Source: Vulcanimicrobiota bacterium
GTDB taxonomy: Bacteria; Vulcanimicrobiota; Xenobia; Xenobiales; JADMJV01
Reading direction: 5' to 3'
Assembly (NCBI GenBank): GCA_050250895.1
Contig: JBFWNU010000001.1
Coordinates: 1,806,884-1,870,883 of the forward strand
Length of the DNA stretch: 64,000 bases
The position numbers and the translations under genes are program-made. This document shows positions 47,041 to 56,858 of the stretch, one piece after another. Position 1 is the stretch's first letter. Each line of letters starts with the position of its first letter. The notes beneath the pieces are model-generated. The model had not been told where the DNA came from and did no database searches. It saw only the letters and a program-made list of their open reading frames with translations.

Positions 47041-47925
47041 GTGACCGTCTTTTATCTCGTCGAAGAGCAGCCGATCAGTCTTTATTGGGCTCGCGACGCT
47101 GCGCTGAACTGGCTCTATGCCCACCATCTGCAGGTTCCGTTTCAATTGGGTGGCCCGGAGTGGGCTCTTGAGCAGCTAGGCTGGTTGGGGCTCGATTGGC
47201 TTCCCATCGAGTCCCAGGCCGGCCAGGCGCTGGTGGACGAAGCCCGCCTGGACACGCTGGCCGAGCTTTTTCGCGCCCGAGGGATTCAAGTCGAACTCAA
47301 GCCGTTGCCCCGGTTCCATAGCGAATCAAGCCAGTTGAGTTGCTATCAAGCCCAGGGACTGGTAGCCGAGGCCTTGCTGACCTGTCTGGTCGAATCGAGC
47401 TGGAGTTCACCGCGCGGGGGACAGGATCTGACCCGGACGGAACTGCTGCTCTATTTTTCGCTTGACGGCCTGAAGTCGGCGGCGGCCGGGATCGAGGCTG
47501 AGCGTCTCGAGGCGGCCCATCGGTTCTTTCTAGAGGAACTGACTCCCAAAGAGCTTCTCGCGCGCACCCTCGGGTCCCGACTGCCCTGGCTCAGCGAGCG
47601 CGAGCAAATGGAACTGGAAGGGCTGGCCCTCCTTTACGGCGAGGAGGTAGAAGACCTCAACGAGTTTCGCCAACGTCTGGACTTTTTTTTCGAGCCGCCT
47701 GCTGCGCCAGCGGTCCCGGTGGCAGGCGCCGGGTTTGCCGGGCTGGAGAAATGGAACACGGCTACCCTGCGGGACCAGCTAGACGGTCTCGACCCCGCCG
47801 CGCGCGAGGCCGTGGCTTTAGCCACCGTAGGCCGTGACGAGCCTTTTCTGGCCGAGGCGCTGGCTCTGCTAGGCCGTGACAAAACGCTGGCCAGACTTGA
47901 GAAGGGTTCTTCGCTCGCAGGTTGA
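47041..47925 (+). CDS. Degenerate glutamyl-tRNA synthetase-like protein
   Basis: ARDAALNWLYAHH, LGWLGLDW, DFFFEPP and LALLGRDKTLARL are colinear with GluRS; no HIGH or KMSKS. Confidence 0.65.
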   Translation: MTVFYLVEEQPISLYWARDAALNWLYAHHLQVPFQLGGPEWALEQLGWLGLDWLPIESQAGQALVDEARLDTLAELFRARGIQVELKPLPRFHSESSQLSCYQAQGLVAEALLTCLVESSWSSPRGGQDLTRTELLLYFSLDGLKSAAAGIEAERLEAAHRFFLEELTPKELLARTLGSRLPWLSEREQMELEGLALLYGEEVEDLNEFRQRLDFFFEPPAAPAVPVAGAGFAGLEKWNTATLRDQLDGLDPAAREAVALATVGRDEPFLAEALALLGRDKTLARLEKGSSLAG

Positions 47926-47976
47926 AAATTCAACCATGCCAGGGAAAAATATTCAAACTACTCGGCGGGCCGTCTG

Positions 47977-50385
47977 ATGCTGGCCCCCGAACGAGTGCTG
48001 GTCGAAGATGTCGATCGTGTCCGAGCGCAAGAACTAGCTGAAACTCTGGGCGTTTCGCCCGTCCTCGGACAGTTGCTGTGGCAGCGCGGCCTGCAAGAGG
48101 CGGGTCAAGCTCGAGCTTTTCTGAGCGACGGCGTCGAGGCCTTTCACGACCCGTTGCAGATGCGCGACATGGCCGCCGCGGTGTCCCTGGTGCGGGTGGC
48201 CATTCAAGACCAACTGACCATCTTCGTTCATGGTGACTACGATGTCGATGGCATCAGCTCCACCGTCTTGCTGGTCGAAGCCCTGACCGAATTGGGGGCA
48301 AGCGTCGAGCACCACGTTCCGGATCGCTTCACCGAGGGTTATGGGGTCTCGATCCAGGCGGTCCAGGCCGCCGCCGAGCGGGGTTGCCGGGTCTTGCTGA
48401 CGGTCGACTGTGGCTCGAGCAGTGTCGAGGCTGTCGACCTGGCCCATCGGCTGGGCATGCAGGTCATCATCGCCGACCATCACCACATCCCCGCCGAGGC
48501 GCCTCGGCCCGAAGCTTTCCTCAATCCTCACCTCGAGGATTGCGAGTATCCTTTCAAGCCGCTGTGCGGCACCGGGGTGGCTTACAAACTCTGCGAAGCC
48601 CTCTTTGCCAGCTTCGGTAGACCCTCTCCCCACCATTTGCTGGATCTGGTGGCCATGGCTACCATCGCCGATGTGGTTCCACTCACTGGCGAGAATCGGG
48701 CTCTGGTGCGGGTGGGTCTCGAGCGTTTAGCCGAGTTTCGTCGCCCCGGTCTCAAAGCGCTGGGTGAGATCGCCGGGACCGAATCAGGGCGTCTTGGCGC
48801 CTGGGCAGTGGCTTTCGGCCTGGGCCCTCGCCTCAATGCCGCCGGCCGCCTCGAGCACGCGAAGCTTGGGGTCGAACTGCTGCTCTGTCGCGAACTAGAC
48901 CAGGCCCGCAAGTTGGCCGAGCGGCTCGACAATCTCAACCAGAAGCGACGGGACATCGAGCGACGAATGCGCGACGACATCGTCGAACGTCTGACGGAAA
49001 GGCCCGAACTGCTCGACCGAGGGGTGGTGGTCGAGGCCGGCGAGAGTTGGCACCAGGGGGTCATCGGCATCACGGCCGCCCGCATCGTCGACCTGTATGC
49101 CGTGCCCGCCTTCGTGATCAGCATCGAGGGCGACCTGGCCAAAGGCTCGGCTCGAGCCCCCGAGAACGTTGACCTCTATCAAGCCATGTGCCGTTGCTCG
49201 GATGTTTTCGTCAAGTTTGGTGGTCACCCCCGGGCCGGCGGTTTCACGGTCGAGACGGCCCGTATCGACGAGCTGCGCGAACGGCTCACTCCCATCGTGC
49301 AAGAACTCAGGACGGGGCCGGCCCCGGTGCGGGTCGACATGACTTTGCCGCTAGAAGAGGCCACCCTCGAGTTGAGCCACGAACTTGATCGGCTCGAGCC
49401 CATCGGCGAAGCCAACCCTCGGCCGCTGTTTCTAGCCAAAGGCGTTTTGTGCGAAGGGGCGCGGGCGGTAGGCAAGCACCGTGACCACCTGCAGCTCTAT
49501 CTAGGCCAGGGGGCTACTCGCCGCAAAGCGATAGCCTTTCGTCAGGCCTGCGATCTTGAGCAGCTTTCGCCCCATCGCCTCTATTACGACGTGCTCTATC
49601 ACTTGCAAGAAGAGACCTGGGAGGGCCAGCGGCGGGTGTCATTGGTGGTCGAGGCCATCCTCGCTCCGGAGCCGAAGCTGGTGCGACTGCTGGAGGGCCA
49701 TGGTCTCGACGGTCAGCGGGTCGGTTTTGATGGTCCCGAGCTGTGGGACCTGCGCAATCTGCGCGACCGCTCTAAAGCCCTGCGGTGTCTGCTCGAGCAG
49801 TGTGAGTCCAGTCTGGTGCTGGTGTCGGGCCAGAATCAGGCCGAGAAGCTTCGCCGCCAACTGGGCTGCCAGGTAGCTCTGCTCGACGAGGTGCCCCGAC
49901 CGGCCAAAGATATGATTTTGCTGGCACCACCCACCTCCTTGAGTTGGTTTCGCCACGCCGCCGTGCTGGAGGCAGGTCGTCTGCATCTTCTCTTTGGCCA
50001 TCGTGAACTGGCCCAGGAATACGCTCGTCAGCGCAGCCTCTGGCTTGATCGCCAACAGATGGAGCAGATCTGGCGCGGATTGATGCGCTCGGCTCGAGCC
50101 GGTGTGCTCAGCGAGTCTGAGCTGGCCCGAGTGGCCAAGACCGTGCCCGCTGCTTTCGAGACGGTCGAGGCGGCGGTGGGCGTGCTGGAAGAACTCGGAG
50201 TCGCCACCTGGGAGTTGGCCGAACGGGAGCGTCTTTTGCGCCTCGGCAAGGGCAGCGGGCAAAGTCTCGAAGACTCGAGCCGGTTTCGCGAGTTGAGGGC
50301 CCGGCGCTCCCAGTTCCTTTCGCTACGCTACGCCTTTGGCCAGCGACACCTGCGCCTGAGCGAGGAACTCCGCGGCGTTTCTTGA
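47977..50385 (+). CDS. recJ: Single-stranded-DNA exonuclease RecJ with C-terminal extension
   Basis: GDYDVDG, TVDCG, DHH, PRLNAAGR, GSAR and FGGH. Confidence 0.95.
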   Translation: MLAPERVLVEDVDRVRAQELAETLGVSPVLGQLLWQRGLQEAGQARAFLSDGVEAFHDPLQMRDMAAAVSLVRVAIQDQLTIFVHGDYDVDGISSTVLLVEALTELGASVEHHVPDRFTEGYGVSIQAVQAAAERGCRVLLTVDCGSSSVEAVDLAHRLGMQVIIADHHHIPAEAPRPEAFLNPHLEDCEYPFKPLCGTGVAYKLCEALFASFGRPSPHHLLDLVAMATIADVVPLTGENRALVRVGLERLAEFRRPGLKALGEIAGTESGRLGAWAVAFGLGPRLNAAGRLEHAKLGVELLLCRELDQARKLAERLDNLNQKRRDIERRMRDDIVERLTERPELLDRGVVVEAGESWHQGVIGITAARIVDLYAVPAFVISIEGDLAKGSARAPENVDLYQAMCRCSDVFVKFGGHPRAGGFTVETARIDELRERLTPIVQELRTGPAPVRVDMTLPLEEATLELSHELDRLEPIGEANPRPLFLAKGVLCEGARAVGKHRDHLQLYLGQGATRRKAIAFRQACDLEQLSPHRLYYDVLYHLQEETWEGQRRVSLVVEAILAPEPKLVRLLEGHGLDGQRVGFDGPELWDLRNLRDRSKALRCLLEQCESSLVLVSGQNQAEKLRRQLGCQVALLDEVPRPAKDMILLAPPTSLSWFRHAAVLEAGRLHLLFGHRELAQEYARQRSLWLDRQQMEQIWRGLMRSARAGVLSESELARVAKTVPAAFETVEAAVGVLEELGVATWELAERERLLRLGKGSGQSLEDSSRFRELRARRSQFLSLRYAFGQRHLRLSEELRGVS

Positions 50386-50418
50386 AGTCGTGCCTATTCA
50401 GGCTAACTGACCGAGGTG

Positions 50419-50952
50419 ATGTCCATGAGCAGAATTGTCGATTTGAGGTCGCATATTCGCGACATTCCTGACTTTCCCAAGCCAGGGATCCTCTTCAAAG
50501 ACATCACCACGCTGCTCCAGGACCAGAACGCTTTTCGCGCTTCGGTCGACCAGTTGGCCGAGGCTTTTGCTGGCGTCGAGGCCACTCACGTGGTGGCCCT
50601 CGAGGCTCGCGGCTACATCTTTGGGGCTCCTCTCGCCTATAAGCTGGGGCTGGGATTTGTGCCGGTGCGTAAACCGGGTAAGCTACCGGCCGAGACCGTC
50701 TCGGTCGACTATGAGCTAGAGTACGGGACGAACACGCTGCACATCCACCACGACGCCCTCAACCAGGGGGATCGGGCCCTGGTCATCGATGATCTGATCG
50801 CGACCGGCGGCTCGGCTGCGGCCACCGTGGCTCTGGTCGAGCGACTGGGGGCGCAGGTCGTAGGGTTCGGGTGCGTCATCGAGTTGACGTTTCTTCAGGG
50901 CCGCGACAAGCTCAACGGCTTACCTGTTCAAGCTTTGCTTAGCTACGACTAG
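50419..50952 (+). CDS. apt: Adenine phosphoribosyltransferase
   Basis: DFPKPGILFKDIT, EARG, RKPGKLP and VIDDLIATGGS. Confidence 0.97.
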   Translation: MSMSRIVDLRSHIRDIPDFPKPGILFKDITTLLQDQNAFRASVDQLAEAFAGVEATHVVALEARGYIFGAPLAYKLGLGFVPVRKPGKLPAETVSVDYELEYGTNTLHIHHDALNQGDRALVIDDLIATGGSAAATVALVERLGAQVVGFGCVIELTFLQGRDKLNGLPVQALLSYD

Positions 50953-50954
50953 CG

Positions 50955-52595
50955 GTGCTCAACCCATATCGCGACAACCCCTACCGGATTCTCGGCCTGA
51001 CCGTCGGCCAGGGAGGGCCGGGGCAGTCGCGCGAGGGCGAACTTCCCGAGCCTCTCGACCTGCCCGGGCTGCCTCTGCCGGTGCGCAATCATGACAATCT
51101 GATGGCCGCCTGGGACAAGGTGGCCGATCCGCGCACCCATCGGCGCTATGACGCTACCTGGTTTATCGTCGTCAACACCATAGATAAGACGGGGCTTGAC
51201 TACCTGCGCGGGGGCCAGGTCGAGCAAGCCCTCGAATTGTGGGGCCGTCCCCAGGCCGACCAGGAGCCATCGACACTGCAAAATCTAGCTGTCTTGAGCC
51301 ATCTCCTGGCGTTGGCAGAATCGCCTGGGCAAGAGCGTTTTTGGCTGCTGTGGGAGCAGGCCTTGCGGTCCTGGCTGCGTCTGACCGGGTTCAAAGTCCA
51401 GGATGTCTATCTCAACGAAACCATCGAGGCTATTATCGAGGACCTGGTCGAATTGGCTCAGACAGAGTTGCGCGATGGCCGGCCCGAGGCCGTAGCCAAC
51501 GTTCTTCGCCTCTTTCAGCGGGCCGGTTTGCCCCAAAGCCGGCTGGCCACCCTCGACAAGCTCTTCCTGGGGGACGAAGTGGACCGGCTGCGCTATCGTT
51601 GCGCTCGAATTCGCGAGCGTCTGATCACCATTATGCGCGAGCGCCCACCGGAAGTCTCCAAGGTCATCTCGGAGGTCGAGCGCGAGATGTCGGGAGAGAT
51701 TCTGCCAGCCATCGATTGGATCGGACGGGCCGGCCTGGATGGCAGCCAGCGTGTGGCCAAGGCCCACGAAGAAGTCAGCTTGCTTTATCGCACCCTGGCC
51801 AGGACCTGGGGCACTCTGGCCGATGACGACCACCGGCAGGCTCGGGCCCTCGAGGCCGCCCTTCGTTTCGCTCCCCCCACCCTTGAAGACGAGATGGAGC
51901 TCGAGCTGGAATCGCTGCGAAAGCAAACTCGAGCCCCCGAACTCATGCCTCCTTTGCCGCAGCCCGAGAAGAGGAAGGAAGCCGAGGAGGAAGAGCCCGA
52001 GCATCCCCCCCGCGACTACGCCTTCCTCAACACGGGCCTGGAGATGGTCCAGACTTCAATCTTTCACCACCAGCAGGTGGGGGAGGGAGTCTATTACGTG
52101 CGGCTCCTGGGGCTAAACGTGCTGCCTCTGGCCCGCTATCGCCTTTTTTTGACGGCCACGCATGATGTGGGCGGGGTGCATCGGTTACCCTTGACGGGGG
52201 GACTGGCGGCCCGAGCGGTGGTGTCCTTGCTGGCGCTCTTTTTTCTGGTCGCTTTTGGCTTGCAGCACCTGGCCGGACCGCCGGCCGGGGTCGAGCTTGA
52301 ACTCGAGCAGGCGGGACTGCGGGCCAAGGTCGACTATCTAGTCTCGGAAGCCTCACGGCTGGCCACCCGCGCGGCCGAAGCGGCCGAGACGGTCGAGAAA
52401 CTCGAGGTCGAGATGGCCGACCTGGAATCGAGACTGGCCTTGCACCCCGACGATAAGACCCTGCGAGAGAAGGCAGAAGAGACCAAAGTGCGTCTGAAGA
52501 AGGCCAGGATCACCTTCGAGAAGCTCGAGAGCGACCGGGCGGCGCTGCTTCGACGCGCAAATCGACTCAACGAGGCTCTCGAAACCTACAAGTGA
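50955..52595 (+). CDS. Hypothetical membrane protein (helical/TPR-like N-terminus, TM, C-terminal coiled coil)
   Basis: NPYRILGL start, helical repeats, one TM and a heptad-rich tail. Confidence 0.65.
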   Translation: MLNPYRDNPYRILGLTVGQGGPGQSREGELPEPLDLPGLPLPVRNHDNLMAAWDKVADPRTHRRYDATWFIVVNTIDKTGLDYLRGGQVEQALELWGRPQADQEPSTLQNLAVLSHLLALAESPGQERFWLLWEQALRSWLRLTGFKVQDVYLNETIEAIIEDLVELAQTELRDGRPEAVANVLRLFQRAGLPQSRLATLDKLFLGDEVDRLRYRCARIRERLITIMRERPPEVSKVISEVEREMSGEILPAIDWIGRAGLDGSQRVAKAHEEVSLLYRTLARTWGTLADDDHRQARALEAALRFAPPTLEDEMELELESLRKQTRAPELMPPLPQPEKRKEAEEEEPEHPPRDYAFLNTGLEMVQTSIFHHQQVGEGVYYVRLLGLNVLPLARYRLFLTATHDVGGVHRLPLTGGLAARAVVSLLALFFLVAFGLQHLAGPPAGVELELEQAGLRAKVDYLVSEASRLATRAAEAAETVEKLEVEMADLESRLALHPDDKTLREKAEETKVRLKKARITFEKLESDRAALLRRANRLNEALETYK

Positions 52596-52598
52596 TTG

Positions 52599-52607
52599 TG
52601 GTATAAT
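52599..52607 (+). promoter_or_regulatory. Extended -10 promoter upstream of rel
   Basis: TGgTATAAT, 33 nt before the ORF start. Confidence 0.65.
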
Positions 52608-52640
52608 CCTCGGTGATGCGCTGGGGGGCGCAGATAGGTT

Positions 52641-54905
52641 GTGGTGTCCGTCAATCCGAGAGCAATGGATAGAGCAACTCTCGAGAAAGAGCAGCAGGCA
52701 GAGGAGAGACCAGAATCTCTCGACTCGCTGCTAGAAACGATCTCGGGCTACTTCGATCCGAAGGATCGCGAAGTGGTCGAGAACGCGTTCGCTTTCGCCG
52801 AGAAATGTCACCGAGGCCAGACCCGGGCCTCTGGCGAGCCTTATATTCTCCATCCGGTTGAAGTGGCCCAGATTCTGGCCGAATACCGGATGGATTGTCC
52901 GACCATCGTGGCCGCGCTGCTCCACGACACCGTCGAAGACACCGAGGTCAGCCTGGTTGACATCGAGGAGAACTTCGGCGCCGAGGTCCGGATGCTGGTC
53001 GACGGCGTCACCAAGTTGACCGCCATCTACTCTCGCCAGGGCCGCGAGGCTCCCACTCCACGCTCCAAGCAGATGGCTCGAGCCGAGAATCTCCGCAAGA
53101 TCTTTCTGGCCATGGCTCGCGATCTGAGGGTTATTCTGATCAAGCTGGCCGACCGCTTGCATAACTTGAGGACACTGGACATTCTTCGGCCAGACAAACG
53201 GGAGCGTATCGCTTCGGAAACCCTCGAAATCTTTGCCCCCATTGCCTCGCGCCTGGGGGTCTTTCAAATGAAGCGCGAGTTGCAGGACCTTTGCTTCAAG
53301 TATCTCCATCCGGAGGAATACGAAGAGGTGGTGGCCGCCAGCGAGCGCCTGCGCGAGGGTCGCGAAGCGGCCATCGAAGAAGCCGTCGCCCAGATCCAGG
53401 AAAAGCTCAAGCGTCTCAACATCGAGGCCCAACTCGAATGGCGCGAGAAGCACCTTTACAGCACGTTCCAAAAGATGGAGCGAACCAACCGCAGCCTGGA
53501 GGAGATTTATGACCTGGTAGCCCTGCGCGTGATCGTGCCCAGAGTCGAGGACTGCTACAGCGTGTTGGGCGCCATCCACTCGGTGTGGATCCCGATGAAA
53601 GACCGCATCAAAGATTATATCGCGGTTCCCAAATCTAATAACTATCGCTCTTTGCACACCACCGTCTACGGCCCCAATCAGCAGCCGTTGGAGATCCAGA
53701 TTCGAACCTGGGAGATGCACCGGGTCAACGAGTTTGGTATCGCCGCTCACTGGGCCTACAAGGAAGGCAACAAGCCCTCTAAAGACGCCGGCCTGTTCAA
53801 GGAGATCTACCCCTGGATCCGGGCCATTCTCGACTGGCAGGCCGACTCGCGCGACGCGCGCGAGTACATCGAGAACCTCAAGCTTGACCTGCTCTCGAAC
53901 GAGGTCTTCGTGTTCACGCCTCGGGGTGATGTCATCGACCTGCCTAACGGGTCCTGCCCTATCGACTTCGCCTATCGCATCCATACCGAAGTCGGCCACA
54001 GTTGTGTGGGCGCGCGGGCCAACGGCAAGATGGTCCCTCTGACCTACAAGCTTCAGAACGCCGATATTCTCGAGATCATGACCTCGAAGACCGGTACCCC
54101 GTCGCTCGACTGGCTGCGCATCTGCAAGAGCAACCAGGCGCGCAACAAGATCAAGGCCTGGTTCAAGCGCGAACGGCGCGACGAGAACGTGGTTCGCGGC
54201 CGCGAGATGCTGCGGCGCGAGCTGGGCCGCCAGCGAATGGACAACATCCTGTCCGACAACGACATGCTCACTCGAGTGGCTACCCGCCTCAATTTCGTCA
54301 CCGTCGACGACCTCCTGGCCTCACTGGGATATGGCGAGACCACCCTGCCGCAGGTGCTGAGCCGGCTGCGCGACGAGCTGCCCAAGGAGGTCTCTCAGAC
54401 CCTGTTGCCGGCTCCCCGACGCACCGCGGCCAAGAAGGGCCTGGCTCAGGCCATTCGGGTCAAAGGGATGGACAATATCCTGGTCAAGTTCGCTCGCTGT
54501 TGCGCCCCCGTGCCCGGTGACCCCATCGTGGGCTACATCACGTTGGGCAAAGGCGTCTCGGTGCATGTGACCGACTGCTCGAACTTCAAAGCCCTGGTCG
54601 AAAGCTCGCCTGAGCGTTTCATCGAGGTTGCCTGGGATTCGCCCCTGGAAGACCCCATCTATCAGGTCGACATCGAGATCGAGGCGTGGGACCGCTCGGG
54701 CCTGCTATCCGACGTCATGAACGTGATCAACGAGTCCAAGGTGCCGACCCGTTCCTGTCGAGCCTGGGCTCGTAAAGATCGGGCCTGCATCAAGATCGCC
54801 GTCGAGATCGCCCACAAGAAGCAGCTCGAAGAGCTGATGAAGAAAATTCGTCATCTGCGCGATGTCATCCAGGTGGCGCGCATGAGCCAGCTGCGCTCAA
54901 AGTAG
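52641..54905 (+). CDS. rel: Bifunctional (p)ppGpp synthetase/hydrolase Rel
   Basis: ALLHDTVED hydrolase motif, [30 protein letters not shown] and ACT domains. Confidence 0.97.
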   Translation: MVSVNPRAMDRATLEKEQQAEERPESLDSLLETISGYFDPKDREVVENAFAFAEKCHRGQTRASGEPYILHPVEVAQILAEYRMDCPTIVAALLHDTVEDTEVSLVDIEENFGAEVRMLVDGVTKLTAIYSRQGREAPTPRSKQMARAENLRKIFLAMARDLRVILIKLADRLHNLRTLDILRPDKRERIASETLEIFAPIASRLGVFQMKRELQDLCFKYLHPEEYEEVVAASERLREGREAAIEEAVAQIQEKLKRLNIEAQLEWREKHLYSTFQKMERTNRSLEEIYDLVALRVIVPRVEDCYSVLGAIHSVWIPMKDRIKDYIAVPKSNNYRSLHTTVYGPNQQPLEIQIRTWEMHRVNEFGIAAHWAYKEGNKPSKDAGLFKEIYPWIRAILDWQADSRDAREYIENLKLDLLSNEVFVFTPRGDVIDLPNGSCPIDFAYRIHTEVGHSCVGARANGKMVPLTYKLQNADILEIMTSKTGTPSLDWLRICKSNQARNKIKAWFKRERRDENVVRGREMLRRELGRQRMDNILSDNDMLTRVATRLNFVTVDDLLASLGYGETTLPQVLSRLRDELPKEVSQTLLPAPRRTAAKKGLAQAIRVKGMDNILVKFARCCAPVPGDPIVGYITLGKGVSVHVTDCSNFKALVESSPERFIEVAWDSPLEDPIYQVDIEIEAWDRSGLLSDVMNVINESKVPTRSCRAWARKDRACIKIAVEIAHKKQLEELMKKIRHLRDVIQVARMSQLRSK

Positions 54906-54907
54906 TC

Positions 54908-55348
54908 GTGCGGGCAGTGGTGCAGCGGGTCTCGCAGGCCCATGTCGAAGTTTCCGGAGAGGTCGTCGGCCAGATCGAAGCCGGCCTTTTGATCCTGTTG
55001 GGAGTAGCTCCCGAGGACGGAGACACCCAGGCCGCCTGGCTGGCCGAGAAAGTCGCCAATCTGCGCATCTTCGAGGACGCCGAAGGCAAAATGAACGTCT
55101 CGCTCGTCGAGTCGGGCGGTTCGGCCCTGGTGGTCTCGCAGTTTACTCTCTACGGCGATTGCCGCAAAGGACGGCGTCCGAGCTTTATTGGGGCCGCCCG
55201 CCCCGAGCTGGCCGACCGTCTTTACCAGGTCTTCTGCGAGCGCCTGCGGACGCTGGTGCCGAAGGTGGAAGAGGGCGTTTTTCAAGCCACCATGGCGGTG
55301 AACCTGGTCAACGACGGCCCCGTCACCCTGATCCTCGACACACCCTAG
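54908..55348 (+). CDS. dtd: D-aminoacyl-tRNA deacylase
   Basis: [12 protein letters not shown] and NDGPVT. Confidence 0.97.
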   Translation: MRAVVQRVSQAHVEVSGEVVGQIEAGLLILLGVAPEDGDTQAAWLAEKVANLRIFEDAEGKMNVSLVESGGSALVVSQFTLYGDCRKGRRPSFIGAARPELADRLYQVFCERLRTLVPKVEEGVFQATMAVNLVNDGPVTLILDTP

Positions 55349-55353
55349 TAAGC

Positions 55354-55382
55354 AAAAAGGCCGCCCTGGTTGGCGGCCTTTC
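55354..55382. terminator. Bidirectional intrinsic terminator between dtd and rpsR
   Basis: AAAAAGGCCGCC-CTGGTT-GGCGGCCTTT. Confidence 0.8.
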
Positions 55383-55401
55383 TAGCTGGTCGGTAGTTCG
55401 C

Positions 55402-55659
55402 TTAGTCGCAGTAGGGGAGCAGAGCCAAAAAGCGGGCCCGCTTGACGGCGGTGGTCAGCATGCGCTGATACTTGGCCGAAGTCCCGGTGATGCGGCGAGG
55501 CAGAATCTTTCCGCGCTCGCTGACGAACTTGCGCAGCAGCCCCACATCTTTGTAATCGATCGTCTTGATCTTATTGGCCGAGAAGTAGCACACTTTCCGG
55601 CGGGGGCGCCGACCGCGACGTTTATAATCCATTGCTGCCATAGGTTTAACTCTCGCCAA
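55402..55659 (-). CDS. rpsR: 30S ribosomal protein S18 (start uncertain)
   Basis: [38 protein letters not shown]. Confidence 0.97.
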   Translation of the reverse strand: MARVKPMAAMDYKRRGRRPRRKVCYFSANKIKTIDYKDVGLLRKFVSERGKILPRRITGTSAKYQRMLTTAVKRARFLALLPYCD

Positions 55660-55706
55660 TCTTTTAAATGCCCCCTATTTATGCACATGACCAAGTAGCT
55701 TGTCAA

Positions 55707-55800
55707 GGCTCGCTTCGCTCGCCAGGGAGCGCTCGCTTTGCTCGCGGGAGAAGGAGCGCCGACTGCGTCGGCGGGAGTAGGAGCGGCCCTTCGGGCCGGG
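55707..55800 (-). repeat. Modular palindromic intergenic element, copy C
   Basis: Four hairpin units (GCTCGCTTCGCTCGC, GCTCGCTTTGCTCGC, GCCGACTGCGTCGGC, GGCCCTTCGGGCC) joined by GGAGC linkers. Confidence 0.8.
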
Positions 55801-55861
55801 ACCAGGGCCTGTCGATGGCGGGGTGAGGGCTGGTCGGCATAGGGGCTTCTCTGACGGCCGT

Positions 55862-55893
55862 AAAAGAAAAAGCCCCGGCTTTCACCGGGGCTG
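55862..55893 (-). terminator. Intrinsic terminator downstream of precursor gene 2
   Basis: Minus strand AGCCCCGG-TGAAAG-CCGGGGCT followed by a T tract. Confidence 0.85.
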
Positions 55894-55982
55894 AAGGTCC
55901 AACCAAATGCTCATCTCACTGAAATCAGTTTAGGCCGGCAGCGTCACAAGGGCGTCAAAGGACGCCGGAAGGCCTGAAGCCT

Positions 55983-56579
55983 CTAGGGGCAGATGAAACC
56001 GCTGGCGGTTGGAAAAGGGGCGACACAAGGCGTCCCCACCGACACGCAAATGTAGTAGAACCCATTTGTTCCTCCCCCGCAGGCGGTGTTACAGAAGCCA
56101 CCGTCGCCCCCGGGTGGGCAGGCCGCGACGCAGGAGGAAGTTCGACACTGGGTCTCCCCAGAGGAGCAGGCGCCACCGCCTGACTGGCACTGATTCGCCC
56201 CAACACAGGTCCCAACCAGGGGCCCGCTGTCGGCCGCGGCCGGTTTTGGCAAAGCCACAGTTGCCACGAGGGCTGCCGAGGCCACGGTTTTGAGAAACTG
56301 GCGTCTCGGAGCGTCGTCGAAAGCGATGAGCTCAGCTCGGCTCAATTCCAGCAAAGCGTGTTCGAGTTCGAGCGAAGAAAGGGTGGTGAGGGCCCTTTTG
56401 AGGGCTTCCAAATCAGGATGGGCTTGGGCTGCCTCATAGACGCTGGCCGCTGGCTCACGAAGTGCGTGGACACAGAGCGCAGACGCGTCGTAGATAAGAA
56501 GCTCGTCCCCCACCCATTGGCCAATCAGGCCACGACGGAGCTTTATTTTCATGATGTCAGAATTATTTGATGACATCAT
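55983..56579 (-). CDS. PqqD/RRE-domain protein with twin-arginine-like leader and Cys/Gly-rich C-terminus (putative RiPP-like precursor 2)
   Basis: VGDELLIYD..VHALREPAASVY, then PRRQFLK..LVATVALPKPAAADS, then 11 Cys. Start may be 56552. Confidence 0.78.
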   Translation of the reverse strand: MMSSNNSDIMKIKLRRGLIGQWVGDELLIYDASALCVHALREPAASVYEAAQAHPDLEALKRALTTLSSLELEHALLELSRAELIAFDDAPRRQFLKTVASAALVATVALPKPAAADSGPLVGTCVGANQCQSGGGACSSGETQCRTSSCVAACPPGGDGGFCNTACGGGTNGFYYICVSVGTPCVAPFPTASGFICP

Positions 56580-56590
56580 GACACTTCCTG

Positions 56591-56806
56591 CCGGCTCGCG
56601 AAGCTCGGTTTGGAGACGGAGCGGCCCTGCGGCCGAGGTCTTCGCGCGAAGCGCCCGGCTGTTTCCTAGCGGCGTCAGCCGCTCTCCTTGTCGTGTGCCA
56701 GGCCGAGGTCTCCGCGCGAAGCCCACGGCTCCCTTTCCCTGCGGCGCAGCCGCAGCTCCCCGTCGACGCGCAGCGTCGAAATCTCAGCCGCAGGCTGCTC
56801 CCTGTT
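56591..56806 (+). repeat. Modular palindromic intergenic element, copy D
   Basis: CTAGCGGCGTCAGCCGC, GGCCGAGGTCT, GCGCGAAGCGC, GTCGACGCGCAGCGTCGA and TCTCAGCC..GGCTGCTCCCTGT are shared with copies A and B. Confidence 0.85.
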
Positions 56807-56858
56807 CAGCATAGTTTCAGAGAGTGGGGGTAGGGTGGCCATGGCAGGAGATATACAC

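Noticed and set aside
55707-55800. GGAGC-linked units as a mini-CRISPR array
   Set aside because: The constant part is only 5-7 nt, the variable parts are palindromes reused at other loci, and no cas genes are present.
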